From positions 149,781-213,780 of the forward strand of contig JAFTZH010000035.1 of NCBI GenBank assembly GCA_017464565.1: a stretch of DNA of 64,000 nucleotides, read 5' to 3'. Position numbers and translations under genes: made by a program. The notes beneath the pieces are model-generated. The model had not been told where the DNA came from and did no database searches. It saw nothing but the letters and a program-made list of their open reading frames with translations. Shown here piece after piece: positions 63,268-64,000 of this stretch (positions within the stretch are counted from its first letter, which is position 1; the number at the start of each line of letters is the position of its first letter). This DNA comes from Clostridia bacterium. Lineage in GTDB: Bacteria; Bacillota; Clostridia; Oscillospirales; CAG-272.

Positions 63268-64000
63268 TTATTTCAATGAGAGTCTGATTTGTCCTGCGGG
63301 AGCCGAGAAATTCAGCGTACCGCTTGATTCGTTTACCGTCGTTTCATATATCTCTTGACCGCCGAAGGTAACTGACCATTTTCCCTCGCGGAGTCCGGAT
63401 ATATGATAGTTCCAAGTCTTGTCGTTTTCGGGAGAGGCTATCTCAAGCTCGGATACCGAAAGCCATTCGTCTCTCGGGAAGAATACCGCCTCGCTGCATA
63501 CGAACGCGCCTATCATCTCATCCGTCTCGCAAAGCTTTGCGCTCTCCTCTATCATCTCGCCGTTGTCGCAGACCAGCATAACGTTGAAAAATTCGTCGGT
63601 CTCCGCCGCCTCGGCAGGTGATATCTCAATTCTTCCCCAACCCGTCTCGGCGCTCGCGCGGAGCTTTCCTTGTATCGGAATGGGATAATTTTTACCGTTT
63701 ATAAGAAATTCCCGTCCTTCTCCGCCAAGAAGCTCTACCTTTATGTTTTTGGGAAGAAGCGTCTGGTTGACGAGCATTCCGTCATAATCAAGAAGCATTC
63801 CGTGATAGCTCTCGGGGCTTCCCGTTCTTCTTATAACGGTTTTTCCCGATATTATCTGCGGCTCCTCCTGACAGTGAAGCATAAAGGTCTTTTTGAAATC
63901 GGGGTTTGAGGATACGACCTTATCGCTCACGGCAAATACTGCGTGTATTCTTCCCTCATTTACGGGAATGAACGCCATTCTTCTGAGTACCTTCTTTACC
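63268..64000 (-). CDS. C-terminal part of a larger protein, open at window end (possibly beta-sandwich C-domain of a heparinase II/III-like enzyme)
   Basis: The reading frame stays open upstream of the track's Met (…VKKVLRRMAFIPV…), so the gene is 5'-truncated by the window. The family assignment is tentative. Confidence 0.4.
   Translation of the reverse strand, partial: VKKVLRRMAFIPVNEGRIHAVFAVSDKVVSSNPDFKKTFMLHCQEEPQIISGKTVIRRTGSPESYHGMLLDYDGMLVNQTLLPKNIKVELLGGEGREFLINGKNYPIPIQGKLRASAETGWGRIEISPAEAAETDEFFNVMLVCDNGEMIEESAKLCETDEMIGAFVCSEAVFFPRDEWLSVSELEIASPENDKTWNYHISGLREGKWSVTFGGQEIYETTVNESSGTLNFSAPAGQIRLSLK

Overview
64 kb chromosomal segment from a Firmicutes/Clostridia-type genome. This placement rests on two T-box leaders, a long Alu-domain SRP RNA upstream of dnaX-ybaB-recR, an electron-bifurcating-type [FeFe]-hydrogenase operon, and many near-consensus TTGACA-17-TATAAT/TAAAAT promoters. 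All calls come from reading the sequence and ORF track by eye. Homologies are motif recognition from memory, not database searches.

Gene order:
- ilvC(partial)-ilvN-ilvB behind a T-box, then ridA-ilvA behind a second T-box.
- A three-gene TerB-N/TerB-C + DUF2791-like ATPase + Lhr-like helicase operon (Shango-type architecture), next to tRNA-Ser(CGA).
- An AT-rich broken ORF.
- A P2-type ATPase behind a probable yybP-ykoY (Mn2+) riboswitch, then a ZIP transporter and small housekeeping genes.
- An MBL-fold hydrolase, gltX and glnS; then a DUF1294 protein, a MutS-related ATPase, an Lrp/AsnC regulator and an aminotransferase.
- A 0.5 kb nest of palindromes and tandem repeats.
- An Hnd/HydABC-type [FeFe]-hydrogenase operon with six accessory sensor/regulator genes.
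- An AT-rich two-gene island: an EcoRI-methylase-like m6A MTase translationally coupled to a DUF262-HNH nuclease.
- recR-ybaB-dnaX-SRP RNA, then ArsR-HMA-P1B ATPase, then trkA-trkH.
- A polysaccharide/sugar region: an aldose-epimerase-like gene, a heparinase II/III-like surface protein, an 829-aa triple-module surface protein, and a 10-gene kinase/isomerase/dehydrogenase cluster with a TetR regulator and a solute-binding protein.

Best candidates for a novel or accessory system are the TerB-N/ATPase/helicase trio (5333-10671) and the MTase + DUF262-HNH pair (34877-37340).
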